NCBI GenBank assembly: GCA_051362555.1
Contig: CM120641.1
Span: 31,006,401 to 31,070,400 of the forward strand
DNA from: Lingula anatina
Taxonomy: Eukaryota > Animalia > Brachiopoda
Direction: 5' to 3'
DNA: 64,000 bases
The position numbers and the translations under genes are program-made. Shown here one piece after another: positions 46,801 through 61,500 of this stretch. Each line of letters starts with the position of its first letter. Within the stretch, counting starts at the first letter, position 1. The notes under the pieces are model-generated. The model was given only the letters and a program-made list of their open reading frames with translations. It made no database searches and had not been told where the DNA came from.

Positions 46801-49718
46801 TGCAGCAAATGTTTTTCCAATTTAAAGTGTCTGAGAGCCACAGAGATTTCCTTCGTTTTCTCTGGTGGCCAACAGACGATTTTTCACTTGCCCCAGTCGA
46901 CTACAGGATGAAGGTACATTTGTTTGGTGCCACCTCTTCTCCTGGGTGCTCAACCTATGGCTTCAGACAGATGGCGTTAGATTCTCAGGCCGAGTTTGGA
47001 GATGGTGTTACCAATTTCTTGCTACACAACTTCTATGTTGATGATGGATTGATATCCCTTCCTTCAGTTGATGAAGCCAGGAACTTAGTTGTTAGTAGTA
47101 TGAAGGCATGCAAAAATAGTGGTTTGCACCTTCACAAGTTCACTTCCAATAGGAAGGAAGTACTTGATGTTGTTGAGAAGGATGATAGGGCAGTAGAGGT
47201 CCAGAATATAAACCTAGACAAATCTGTTATCGAACGTGTTCTAGGTGGCCAGTGGTGTATTCTATCAGACGCGTTTAAATTTAGGATAGTGGTGTCTGAT
47301 AAGCCTTACACGAGAAGAGGGATTTTGTCCACGGTTAATTCCGTTTTTGACCCCTTGGGATTTTTGGCTCCATTCATCCTGGTAGGGAAGCTTATCCTAC
47401 AGGAATTATGCAAAGAAAACACTGATTGGGACGCACCCCTATCAGATCACCTGAGGCCCATGTGGGAAAGATGGAGAGCTAGTCTCCCACTATTAGTAGA
47501 TCTCAGTGTAGCTAGATGTTTTAAACCTGACAACTTTGGTCTTGTAAAATCTGCTGCACTGCATCATTTTTCCGATGCAAGTGAGAAAGCCTATGGGCAA
47601 TGTTCTTATCTCCAATTGATTGATGAAAATAACTCTGTGCACTGCACGCTTGTCTGTGGGAAAAGTCGGGTGGCTCCTCTCAAGGTTTTGTCAATTCCTC
47701 GCATGGAGTTATTGGCTGCAACATTGTCAGTTCAGGTGAGTTCAGTTCTGACAAAGGAACTAGACATTCAGGACATACAGCACTTTTTTTGGACCGATAG
47801 TAAAGTTGTCTTGGGCTACTTAGCCAATGAAGCTCGCAGATTTAAGGTTTATGTTGCAAAATGTGTCCAATACATCCAAAATCAGTCAGAGATTTCTCAG
47901 TGGAAATATGTTGCCTCGGCAGACAACCCTGCAGATCATGCATCCAGGGGATTGCTTGCCTCTGACCTGGTTCAAAACAGCTTGTGGTTTTCAGGCCCTG
48001 CATTTCTTAGAGACCCTGAGTGTAACCAAGATTCTCACAGTCCAAAAGTTGTAGATGAAAATGATCCTGAGGTTCGCTCAAAGAATGTTGCATTTGCTAC
48101 TACTCACACAAATGATGCCCATGCTGAATTTGATTTGAATAGGTTCAGCCATGTGTCTAGTTGGGATAGACTTCTCAAGACAGTAGCTTTGTGTCTGAGG
48201 TTCAAAGAGATATTGCTCTCTAAAGTCAGGAAGAGAACCCTCAAATCAATTTCTGGACCACTGACAGTTGACAATTTACAAGAGGCTGAGAGCTGTGTTG
48301 TCAAATTAGTCCAAAGAGTCTCATTTAGACTTGATTATGAAGCTTTACGTCGTATGAAATGTGCCCCTCGGTCTTCTAGAGACAAGAAGTCAAATCACCA
48401 GCTCCCTAGATCAAGTATAATACATCGTTTAGATCCATATATGGATGACGCAGGCATAGTCAGGGTAGGTGGTAGGATGCCAATTGCCTCGGGTATTGTA
48501 GCCCATCCTGCTATTATTCCTAGAAAAGGTCACATCACCTCACTCATAGTGAGACATTTTCACAGTGTGACTGGACATCAGGGTCGTGGAATGACCACAA
48601 ATGCCATTAGATCACATGGACTATGGATACTTGGTTGTAGCTCTGCTGTTTCCCAGCAGATATATCAATGTGTCCATTGTAGGAGAACACGTGGAGCTGT
48701 GCAAGAGCAGAAGATGTCAGATCTGCCATCAGACCGTGTTCAACCATTTCCTCCTTTTACCTATGGTGCTGTCGATTATTTTGGCCTGTTTTTGATCAAG
48801 GAAGGTAGAAAAGAACTGAAGAGGTATGGTGCTCTTTTCACTTGCCTTGCCTCAAGAGCAGTTCACATAGAAGTGTGTGATTCTCTCAACACTGATGACT
48901 TTATCAATGCTTTGAGAAGGTTCATAGCTTTGAGAGGTCCTGTAAGACAAATTCGTTGTGACCAAGGCTCAAGTTTTGTTGGTGCACGGTCAGAGTTGTC
49001 AAAATGTGTCAAAGAAATGGAAGTAGGTAAAATTCAGAATTACCTTTTCCATAAAAAATGTGACTTCATTACCTTTAAAATGAATGTCCCTACAGCCAGT
49101 CACATGGGGGGAGTTTGGGAGCGCCAGATAAGAACAGTCCGTTCTATCTTGAACTCTCTTTTATTGTCTACAACATCCCAGTTGAATGATAGTGCTTTAC
49201 GCACCTTTATGTCTGAGGTCATGGCAATTATAAATTGCAGACCTTTGACTGTCGATTGTTTAAATGACCCAATGTCACCAGAACCATTGACTCCAAATCA
49301 CATTTTAACTGGCAAATCCAGTGTGGTGTGCCCCCCACCTGGTGAATTTCAGAGAGAGGATCTTTACTTAAGAAAATACTAGAGACGTGTACAGTATTTA
49401 GCTGATCAATTTTGGAAGAGATGGAGCAAAGAATATCTATCTCAGTTGCAGTCTAGACAAAAATGGTGTAAGTTTAGAAAAAATCTGCAAATTGGAGACA
49501 TTGTTTTAGTCAAAGATGAAAATTTGCCTAGAAACTCTTGGCCTCTAGCCAGAGTGCACAGTGTGTATCCAAGTGAGGATGGATACATTAGGAAAGTTCA
49601 AGTTGCAATGAGCACTAAATGTTTGGATTCTCGTGGTCGACGAGACAGTCCACTTATGCTTTTGGACAGGCCCATTCAGAAATTAGTATTCATAATGCCC
49701 AACCCAAACTTTGAATAA
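43857..49718 (+). CDS. BEL/Pao Gag-PR-RT-RNaseH-IN polyprotein with one premature stop at 49380-49382
   Basis: Three Zn knuckles, LLDTQS, YVDD, FSDAS, HHCC, and DDE motifs (VDYFG, CDQG, WER). YWRR is mutated to Y*RR and the frame continues to 49718. Confidence 0.95.
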
Positions 49719-49860
49719 AATGATTGCTTTAACCAGGGTGTATTCCCCGTCGGGAGCCAATGTTTTTCTCCTGCTACAACTGTCTGTTGACTGCATATGT
49801 ATGATGTGCTGTGTATGACTTGCCACAACATAATTTTGCTATTAATCTTTGAGCTATTTT

Positions 49861-50210
49861 GTAATGTTTAGAGATTCGTAATTGTTAACGTTAGTTAACT
49901 AGTATGTTATGTTTAGAGATTTATAATTGTTAACGTTAGTTAACTAGTATGTAATGTTTAGAGATTCGTAATTGTTAACGTTAGTTAACTAGTATGTAAT
50001 GTTTAGAAATTCGTAATTGTTAACGTTAGTTAACTAGTATGTAATGTTTAGAGATTCGTAATTGTTAACGTTAGTTAACTAGTATGTAATGTTTAGAGAT
50101 TCGTAATTGTTAACGTTAGTTAGTTAACTAGTATGTAATGTTTAGAGATTTATAATTGCAATTGTTAACGTTAGTTTAGTTAACTAGTATGCAATGTTTA
50201 ATGATTCATA
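49861..50210. repeat. 45-bp tandem repeat (~7 copies) in the BEL 3' UTR
   Basis: GTAATGTTTAGAGATTCGTAATTGTTAACGTTAGTTAACTAGTAT at 49861, 49906, 49951, 49996, 50041, 50086... Confidence 0.95.
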
Positions 50211-50778
50211 ATCGTAAGTGTTAAAGGTAGTATTGTTGCTTGACAAGCATCTGACATTAAATATCTTTAAAATATTGTTATATGCTGACATTAAATAGCT
50301 TATGAGAATTTCAAGTTTGTGGAAAATACAATTTTATGTAAATGTGTATTTTGAGGAGCCATGTAACAGTAACTAAGCATGCGCTTCTCTTGTATATTGG
50401 ATCCGATAGTGCTGCCACGTAGTGTCACTTAGCTTTTACTTGACGCGGCACGCGTCCGACGCTCTTAGAAGGTTTAGGCCCCAAACGAGGAAAATCAAGA
50501 TTTAATCTTTCATTATATTATTATTTTTATTAGGAATCAAAACTTTGAAGTTATCGTCTCGATTTACAAGTTGTTTATCACTCAATTTCAGAATTATTGT
50601 TAGTTTAAGAAGTTTCCATGTCAGCGTATGTGTTCGTAGGACTACATGTATGTTTTATGTTTATTTTAGTTCCACGGGAATAATATTTCGTCGGAACCGA
50701 ATGGGAATAAAGATTTTACCATCAACTTGATCCAGTTTTTATTATTTATTTATTTATTTAAAGACGCGTGCTGCTACA

Positions 50779-53700
50779 GCGGTGTCTGTGTTTATCATAA
50801 AATAATAATATATTTTGATCACTGTGTTATATCTGTGTTGTTACTACTGTATGTGTCTGCATTTATTCATTATTAATGATATGATTTCTGATTTCAGCCC
50901 AGACAAAGTTATGTTTCTGGATTATCATCTCACTGAGGACAGCTAATTCATCTGATCACTACCAAGAACTAAAATGTAGCAGTTTTTCAGATTGACAAAA
51001 TTTCATGTATACCTTTTGATGCCTGTGCACTGTATGTGTGTGTCTGATATTTTGATCACTGTGTATGTCTGTTTTATCGCTATATGCGTTTATCATAATA
51101 TAATAATATATTTTGATCACTGTGTGATATCTGTGTTGTAACCAATGTATGTGTCTCCATATATTGGTTATTGTACCACCAGCGTAGGCGCTGGCGGTAC
51201 CCATGGTTTTAGTCCCGACCCGTATGTTCCGCCGGCTCCGCCGGCTCCTGCGGCTCCTGCGGCTCCGCCGCCAAGTCACCGTTACCGCTTCTCCTCCTAG
51301 ACGGTAAGGGCCTCCGTACCCATCTCTTGGATTTAGGTCACCTATAATCTCAACTCGTTCCACGTAAAATTTGGGCTTTGTCGGTATTGGGGTCTAGGTG
51401 TGGCACTCATTGCAATGCACCCTTGTCTAAAAATGGCAAAATTAAATGCTAATTTTCTACCCTACAGAAGGAGTTATGGGGAAAATTTCTACGGACAGCT
51501 TTCCAAAAGTCATACGTGTAGATTTCAAATATGCCCTTGGATTTGACCTTTGACCTTTATTTCAAGGTCAAACGGGCCAAAATTTTCAAAAAAATGAAAT
51601 TTTTTATGAAAAAATTTTTTTTTCCCTGTTATTCAGACACCACACAGACTTAACCAATAATATTATTGGAAAGTGTTACCCTTCAGGTCATCTTTCATCT
51701 CCGTGAATTTGGGGTCAATCGGTGCATTTCCACGGGAGTAGCGGCCATAAAGTACCGAAACTGAAAACTGTCTCTAATTCGGGAACTGTTAATGCTAGAG
51801 ACCCATTCTTTTTTGCATTTTGTAGAGCATGTAAAGGCCAACACTGGGGGTGGTCTCCGTTTTTTTGTATTCCATACGGTTTTCAAGTTACGCTGTATCA
51901 AAAAGTACATATTGGTGGTGAAAGCAAAATGTGCAGTACGGTAATGGATAATAAATTTTGAACTCTGGAAAAATAATACATAAGGCTTGGCAAAGCAGAC
52001 AACTTGTGGTCAAAAATGACATTATTTCATCAAATTTGAACTTCTGGAACTTCAGAGCACCTCCTATTTTAAGAATTTTGACCAAAATGATGTTTTCTTT
52101 ATTTTAATTAATCTTTTCTGTAGGAAATTTATGGCACACTATGGTAACTCCAAAATTATAACATTTAGTCCCTTATATCTCCAAAACTGGCAGAGATAGG
52201 TCCATAGTTACTATTGAACTTGAATAGGAAGTCATATAGTGGCAATCTTACTGTGACCTTGAAATTGACCTTTGACCTACTTTTCACCATGAACTGAACT
52301 TTGCAAATTTTGGTTCCCTTTTATCTCCAAAACTGGCAGAGATAGGTCCATAGTTACTATTGAAGTTGAATGGGAAGTCATATACTGGCAATCTAAATGT
52401 GACCTTAAAATTGACCTTTGACCTACTTTTCACCATGAACTGAACTTTGCAAATTTTGCTTCCCTTATATCTCCAAAACTGGCAGAGATAGATCCATAGT
52501 TTCTATTGAACTTGAATGGGAAGTCATATACTGGCAATCTAAATGTGACCTTGAAATTGACCTTTGACCTACTTTTCACCATGAACTGAACTTTGCAAAT
52601 TTTGGTTCCCTTTTATCTCCAAAACTGGCAGAGATAGGTCCATAGTTACTATTGAAGTTGAATGGGAAGTCATATACTGGCAATCTAAATGTGACCTTAA
52701 AATTGACCTTTGACCTACTTTTCACCATGAACTGAACTTTGCAAATTTTGCTTCCCTTATATCTCCAAAACTGGCAGAGATAGATCCATAGTTTCTATTG
52801 AACTTGAATGGGAAGTCATATACTGGCAATCTAAATGTGACCTTAAAATTGACCTTTGACCTACTTTTCACCATGTACTGAACTTTGCAAATTTTGTTTC
52901 GCTTTTATCTCCAAAGTTACGCTGTATCAAAAAATACATATTGGTGGTGAAAGCAAAATGTGCAGTACGGTAATGGATAATAAATTTTGAATTCCGGAAA
53001 AATAATACATAAGGCTTGGCAAAGCAGACAACTTGTGGTCAAAAATGACATTATTTCATGAAATTTGAACACCTGGAACTTCAGAGCACCTCCCATTCCA
53101 AAAATTTTGACCAAAATGACCTTTTCTTTATTTTGATTAATTTTTTCTGTAGGAAATTTATGGCACATTATGGTAACTCCAAAATTATAACATTTAGTCT
53201 CTTTTATCTGCAAAACTGGCAGAGATAGGTCCATAGATACTATTGAACTTGAATAGAAAGTCATATACTGGCAATCTTACTGTGACCTTGAAATTGACAT
53301 TTGACCTATTTTTCACCATGAACTGAACTTTGCAAATTTTGCTTCCCTTATATCTCCAAAACTGGCAGAGATAGGTCCATAGTTACTATTGAACTTGAAT
53401 AGGAAGTCAAATACTGGCAATCTTACTGTGACCTTGAAATTGACCTTTGACCTACTTTTCACCATGAACTGAATTTTGCAAATTTTGCTTCCCTTTTATC
53501 TCTAAAACTGTTAGAGATAGGTCCATAGTTACTATTGAACTTGAATAGGAAGTCTTATACTGGCAATCTAAGTGTGACCTTGAAATTGACCTTTGACCCA
53601 CTTTTTATCATGAACTGAACTCTGCTAATTTCTTTCTCTTTTAACTCCAAACCTGGCAGAGATAGGTCCATAGTTACTATTAAACTTGAATAGGAAGTCG

Positions 53701-56700
53701 TATACTGGCAATTTACTGTGACCTTGAAAATGACCTTTCACCTACCTTAAATTTGATTGTACCATTTTTAGTTTCATATATTTTTTGCATATATTGAAAA
53801 TTCTTGTTGATTGCATGTTTACAGCTTGTCAAGCACAAGACTGGTGGCTGTGTCCCTTATTTTGTGTATGTGGGGGTCTATACGAATGCGCTTGCTCCAG
53901 CTGGTGGTACAATATTCGGAGGCGGTATCGCCTCTCTGATCCTCTAGTTTATGATATGTTTTCTGATTTTAGCACAGATGAAGGTGTGTTTTCTGGATTA
54001 TCATCTCACTGAGGACAGCTGACAACATATGTCAGTTTCAGCACAGGTCAGTGCAACAATGATATTACTATGTGCTATTATGTGCTGACCTTTAGATAGC
54101 TATTTCAATTGTATTTATAGGGCTTTTTGTTTAAGAGAAAATCTTGATTAAAAAAATGACAATTTTAGCCCCAAAACGCTGATATTACGTCACTCGTGTT
54201 ACACTGTGACTACAAACTTTGGAAAATTGTTTTGCTTGCTAGACCATATCCTTTAGTTAATAGGAAATTTAATTAGCTGCATTAGTTTTGGACTTTTTCG
54301 TTAATATCCTAGACCCCTTAAGTCTTTATATAAACAAATTTTTATTGTTACATTCTAATGCCAGTGCACTAGCTGTCTTTTGTGACACAGTATGTGTATG
54401 TATATATTCTGATAACTGTGTATGTCTGTTTTGTTGCTGCGGTGTCTGTGTTTATCATAAAATAATAATATATTTTGATCACTGTGTTATATCTGTGTTG
54501 TTACTACTGTATGTGTCTGCATATATTCATTATTAATGATATGTTTTCTGATTTCAGCCTAGACAAAGTTATGTTTCTGGATTATCATCTCACTGAGGAC
54601 AGCTAAACTCATCTGATCACTACCAAGAACTAAAATGTAGCAGCTTAAGTACAGGTCAGTGTAATAATGATATTACTATACTGATGATTCTCTTCAGTCC
54701 CCCTTTTGAACACCACTTACTTTAATATATGTTCAGAGTGAAAAGGGTTAATGTGAACTTTGGGGGGGGGGGGGGGGGGCTGAGCAAAAATCTGTCAGTT
54801 TTTCAGATTGACAAAATTTCATATATACCTTTTGATGCCTGTGCACTGTATGTGTGTGTCTGATATTTTGATCGCTGTGTATGTCTGTTTTATCGCTATA
54901 TGCGTTTATCATGATATAATAATATATTTTGATTACTGTGTGATATCTGTGTTGTAACCAATGTATGTGTCTCCATATATTGTCTATTTATGATATGTTT
55001 TCTGATTTTAGCACAGATGAAGGTGTGTTTTCTGGATTATCATCTCACTGAGGACAGCTGAACTCGGGATCACTATCAAGAACTATAACATATGGCAGTT
55101 TCAGCACAGCTAGGTCAGTGCAACAATGATATTACTGTACTGGTGATTATCTTCAGTCCCCCTTTTAAACACCACCACTATATATATAGTATCTGGAATA
55201 TTATCATTTTGTAAAAGTGTCACAAAGATCCCACTTAGTTTAATATATGTTCAAAGTGAAAAGGGTTTATGTGAACTCATAGATGGAATGAGGGGGGTGC
55301 TGGTGAAAAATCTCTGTCAGTCTTTTGAAGTCTTTATATAAACAAATTTTCATTGTTACATTCTAATGCCAGTGTACTAACTGTCTGTTGTGACACAGTA
55401 TGTGTATGTATATATTCTGATAACTGTGCATGTCTGTTTTATCGCTATATGCGTTTATCATAATATAATAATATATTTTGATCACTGTGTGATATCTGTG
55501 TTGTAACCAATGTATGTGTCTCCATATATTGGTTATTTATGATATGTTTTCTTATTTTAACACAGATGAAGGTGTGTTTTCTGGATTATCATCTCACTGA
55601 GGACAGCTGACAACATATGTCAGTTTCAGCACAGGTCAGTGCAACAATGATATTACTATACTGGTGATTATCTTCAGTCCCCCTTTACAACACCATCACT
55701 ATATATATATATATATAATATCTGGAATATTATCATTTAGTAAAAGTGTCACTTAGATCCCACTTATAGTTTTATATATGTTCAAAGTGAAAAGGGTTAA
55801 TGTGAACTCATAGATGGAATGAGGGGGGGGGGGGTGTTGGTAAAAAATCTCTGTCAGTCTTTTTAAGTCTTTATATAAACAAATTTTTATTGTTACATTC
55901 TAATGCCAGTGCACTAGCTGTCTTTTGTGACACAGTATGTGTATGTATATATTCTAATAACTGTGTATATCTGTTTTGTTGCTGCGGTGTCTGTGTTTAT
56001 CATAAAATAATAATATATTTTGATCACTGTGTTATATCTGTGTTGTTACCAATGTATGTGTCTGCATATATTCATTATTAATGATGTTTTCTGATTTCAG
56101 CCTAGACAAAGTTATGTTTCTGGATTATCATCTCACTGAGGACAGCTAAACTCATCTGATCACTACCAAGAACTAAAATGTGGCAGCTTAAGTACAGGTC
56201 AGTGCAACAATGATATTACTATACTGGTGATTATCTTCAGTCCCCCTGTAGAACACCATCACTATATATATATTTATATTATCTGGAATATTATCATTTT
56301 GTAAAAGTGTCACTTAGATCCCACTTACTTTAATATATGTTCAGAGTGAAAAGGGTTAATGTGAACTTTTTGGGGGGGGGCTGAGCAAAAATCTGTCAGT
56401 TTTTCAGATTGACAAAATTTCATGTATACCTTTTGATGCCTGTGCACTGTATGTGTGTGTCTGATATTTTGATCACTGTGTATGTCTGTTTTATCGCTAT
56501 ATGCGTTTATCATAATATAATAATATATTTTGATCACTGTGTGATATCTGTGTTGTAACCAATGTATGTATCTCCATATATTGTTTATTTATGATATGTT
56601 TTCCGATTTTAGCACAGATGAAGGTGTGTTTTTTGGATTGTCATCTCACTGAGGACAGCTGACAACATATGGCAGTTTCAGCACAGGTCAGTGCAACAAT

Positions 56701-57236
56701 GATATTACTATACTGGTGATTATCTTCAGTCCCCCTGTAGAACACCATCACTATATATATATATTTATATTATCTGGAATATTATCATTTTGTAAAAGTG
56801 TCACTTAGATCCCACTTACTTTAATATATGTTCAGAGTGAAAAGGGTTAATGTGAACTTTTTGGGGGGGGCTGAGCAAAAATCTGTCAGTTTTTCAGATT
56901 GACAAAATTTCATGTATACCTTTTGATGCCTGTGCACTGTATGTGTGTGTCTGATATTTTGATCACTGTGTATGTCTGTTTTATCGCTATATGCGTTTAT
57001 CATAATATAATAATATATTTTGATCACTGTGTGATATCTGTGTTGTAACCAATGTATGTGTCTCCATATATTGGTTATTTATGATATGTTTTCTGATTTT
57101 AGCACAGATGAAGGTGTGTTTTCTGGATTATCATCTCACTGAGGACAGCTGACAACATATGTCAGTTTCAGCACAGGTCAGTGCAACAATGATATTACTA
57201 TACTGGTGATTATCTTCAGTCCCCCTTTACAACACC

Positions 57237-57287
<51 letters not shown>

Positions 57288-58559
57288 CTGGAATATTATC
57301 ATTTAGTAAAAGTGTCACTTAGATCCCACTTATAGTTTTATATATGTTCAAAGTGAAAAGGGTTAATGTGAACTCATAGATGGAATGAGGGGGGGGGTGC
57401 TGGTAAAAAATCTCTGTCAGTCTTTTTAAGTCTTTATATAAACAAATTTTTATTGTTACATTCTAATGCCAGTGCACTAGCTGTCTTTTGTGACACAGTA
57501 TGTGTATGTATATATTCTAATAACTGTGTATGTCTGTTTTGTTGCTGCGGTGTCTGTGTTTATCATAAAATAATAATATATTTTGATCACTGTGTTATAT
57601 CTGTGTTGTTACTACTGTATGTGTCTGCATATATTCATTATTAATGATATGTTTTCTGATTTCAGCCCAGACAAAGTTATGTTTCTGGATTATCATCTCA
57701 CTGAGGACAGCTAAACTCATCTGATCACTACCAAGAACTAAAATGTGGCAGCTTAAGTACAGGTCAGTGTAATAATGATATTACTATACTGATGATTCTC
57801 TTCAGTCCCCCTTTTGAACACCACTTACTTTAATATATGTTCAGAGTGAAAAGGGTTAATGTGAACTTTGGGGGGGGGGGGGGGGGGGGGCCTGAGCAAA
57901 AATCTGTCAGTTTTTCAGATTGACAAAATTTCATGTATACCTTTTGATGCCCGTGCACTGTATGTGTGTGTCTGATATTTTGATCGCTGTGTATGTCTGT
58001 TTTATCGCTATATGCGTTTATCATGATATAATAATATATTTTGATCACTGTGTGATATCTGTGTTGTAACCAATGTATGTGTCTCCATATATTGTCTATT
58101 TATGATATGTTTTCTGATTTTAGCACAGATGAAGGTGTGTTTTCTGGATTATCATCTCACTGAGGACAGCTGAACTCGTGATCACTATCAAGAACTATAA
58201 CATATGGCAGTTTCAGCACAGGTCAGTGCAACAATGATATTACTGTACTGGTGATTATCTTCAGTCCCCCTTTTAAACACCACCACTATATATATAGTAT
58301 CTGGAATATTATCATTTTGTAAAAGTGTCACAAAGATCCCACTTAGTTTAATATATGTTCAAAGTGAAAAGGGTTTATGTGAACTCATAGATGGAATGAG
58401 GGGGGTGCTGGTGAAAAATCTCTGTCAGTCTTTTTAAGTCTTTATATAAACAAATTTTCATTGTTACATTCTAATGCCAGTGCACTAACTATCTGTTGTG
58501 ACACAGTATGTGTATGTATATATTCTGATAACTGTGTATGTCTGTTTTGTTGCTGCGGT
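50779..58559 (+). repeat. Large tandem array block 3
   Basis: Continues the monomer interrupted by the BEL element; highly similar to 38200-42450. Confidence 0.92.
51171..53947 (+). mobile_element. Second Helentron-type non-autonomous element, inserted in the array without a TSD
   Basis: Removing it restores ATATTGGTTATTTATGATATG exactly. Sub-TIRs, 3' hairpin and 146-bp internal repeats are present, plus an internal duplication at ~52915-53210. Confidence 0.9.
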
Positions 58560-61500
58560 TGTAACAGTAACTACGCATGTGCTTCTCTTGTATATTGGAT
58601 CCGATAGTGCTGCCACGTAGTGTCACTTAGCTTTTACTTGACGGCGGCACGCGTCCGACGCTCTTAGAAGGTTTAGGCCCCAAACGAGGTAAATCAAGAT
58701 TTAATCTTTCATTATATTATTATTTTTATTAGGAATCAAAACTTTGAAGTTATCGTCTCGATTTACAAGTTGTTTATCACTCAATTTCAGAATTATTGTT
58801 AGTTTAAGAAGTTTCCATGTCAGCGTATGTGTTCGTAGGACTACATGTATGTTTTATGTTTATTTTAGTTCCACGGGAATAATATTTCGTCGGAACCGAA
58901 TGGGAATAAAGATTTTACCATCAACTTGATCCAGTTTTTATTATTTATTTATTTATTTAAAGACGCGTGCTGCTACAGTGGAACTCGTAGTGGAACTCGT
59001 AGTGGAACTCGTAGCATGGAGATCGATACAGAGATTATTGCAGATGATGTGGGTGGTGCGGGAAATTTAGAGAGAACTGGAATTGTAGGAGAGATTTGTT
59101 AATATAATATTGGACAAAATGACATTTAATTTGTGAATCATCGACCTTGTATATTTTGAAACATTTCCAAGCTTGATGTGGACGACTGATATGAGAAACT
59201 TTTGTTGATTCCCGCCTTGGAAGATGCGAGATTTCCCGCCCTTTGATGACGCTATGTTCCTGCCTTTGGTAGCGACAAGTTTTCCAGCCTATCACAATGT
59301 GTGCCTTTGGTCACGTGACTGGTTTCCCGCCTCTGATCCAGTGACAGTTCTGTCTACGTAAATTTGTATCACTTTACTACATTTATGGACTCACGTAATA
59401 CAATGTATCAATTTATGACTTGAACATTGAAACAAATATTGGACAATTTATTATTTAGATAAAGTGATAGCGTCAATTCATTTGTTTATGTAAACAAACT
59501 AGTAGACATTTTAAAGTACTTTTGAACAATTGAAAACAGTAACACAGTGTCAGTTGAATGTTTTTTGCCTGAATGTTTAATTGAGTACGGCAGAGGACAA
59601 TCCAGGAACACTATGCTAGCACACCACAGCATACACAGCTGATTGCTTTGAATATCTTGCATTAATTTGATCAAGTTTACGTTGTTGTTTTTACTGTTTA
59701 GCTATCTTTAATTTGTGTATTCATTTTTACAGCACCAGATTTACATAGAGCAGATCAGTTATCTACATTGAGCAGTGGTGGCTTGTCAGGCACAGCACAT
59801 ACATGGTAGCGGCAGGTAGAAAGCATGGGAATTTTTAATTGTTTTATGCCCACCCTGGAAAGGGGGCATATATAGCGTTCCTTATGACATTTGTCTGTTC
59901 ACACCGTGATTCATTCCATTGTCTAGCCTGCTTGGTTCTATAGTCTTGAATCTTTGTTTAAATAAGAAGGTATGTCTTTAGTCAATCTACCAGCGTCTGA
60001 TGTTACTTTGAAGGAAATCAGACGTTCTGTGAGTGTCCCCTCTCTAGTAAATGAAAGGGCAGAACTCAAGAAACGTATACGGCCATTGACTGAAAAGGGT
60101 ATACAGTGGCAGATGGATAGAAATAGACAGCATTTGCGAAATGCAATATCTAGTTGGCGCAAGCAAGCGTCCAAGCTTGAAATAATAGCTGATGACTGTA
60201 GTGATGTAGGCCTTCTAAGGACTACATGGAATGAAATCTGTACAGCTTTAGATTGTGTACAGAAATCCTTTCATGATGTTGAAACATGTGGTGGTTTAGA
60301 TGAAGATTTTAGGGTAAAGGTAGAGACCATAGAGGAAGAATATTTGCAACTTCTCAGAAGGACAGGTAATCGTATTAGGTTGCTTGAGTTGGATGATCAA
60401 GGTTCGCATATTTCTAGACAATCAAGTCGTAGGTCCTTTGCTAAATCTGAAGTAGCCAGCGAAAGATCGCACAGGTCAAGAATTGAAACTCTTCAGGCTC
60501 AGATTAAACATTCTGAGTTGGAAGAACAGAAAAGACATGAGCTTCTGAAAATCCAATCAGAATTGAAACGCTTACAGTTGAATAAAGAGCTAGAAATAGT
60601 CCAAGCAGAGTTATTAGATGATGTTGTATATGTTGATAAGGATCAAATGCCTATGAAGTCTGAATCTCGTAGTGACCATGCAGTCCATCCCAAGGCTCTC
60701 CTCAGCTGTGACACTTATGAATCCCTTGTTCAAAATCTGCTAATAAGCAGACTTCCAATTCCAGAACCTGCAATTTTCGATGGTAGCTCATTGCAGTATC
60801 CAAGCTGGAAAGCAGCATTCACAGCTCTTATCTCTCACCACAAAATACCCAACATAGAAAGGTTGTACTACTTAAAGAAGTATGTCAGAGGAGAGGCAAA
60901 AGAGTGCATAGAGGGTTGTTTTCTTATCAGCACAGAAAATTCATTTGACGAGGCCATGTCCATCCTGGAAGAAAGGTTTGGCAGTCCATTTGCCATTGTC
61001 TCAGCCTTCAGAGATAAACTTAGTAAGTGGCCAAAGGTATCTGGGTCAGATGGTACTGGACTGTTGAAATTGTCTGATTTCCTTAATCAGATAAAAGCAG
61101 CCATGTCTTGTTATCCTGGGCTGAATATCCTTAATGATGAAAGAGAAAACCAAAACATTCTGCATAAGTTACCTGACTGGCTTATAGCTAGGTGGGGTAG
61201 AATGGTCGTTGAACGGAAAGCAAAGGGTTCTTTCCCAACATTTAATGAATTTGCAGAATTCTTGAGCAAGGAAGCAAAGATTGCTAGTGACCCTGTTGTG
61301 TCTGTTCAGTCTTTAAAACAAAGGGGTAAAGAAGGACCCAAGGGTGATAAAAGGTTGAGCTCATTCTTCCTTAATGATAATGAAAGTGAGTCAAGGCAAA
61401 GGGAGCAGGCACAAAATGTAAGACCTGCTGTGAGTACTAGTAGACATACTCAAAGTAGAAGTCAGACTCATGTAGATACAGTCAATTATAGACGGAGTTC

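Larger units (their letters stand above)
42457..50778 (+). mobile_element. Full-length BEL/Pao LTR retrotransposon
   Basis: TG...CA LTRs at 42457-42874 and 50362-50778, 5-bp TSD GCGGT, purine tract GAGGAG before the 3' LTR, and a single gag-pol ORF. Confidence 0.97.
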
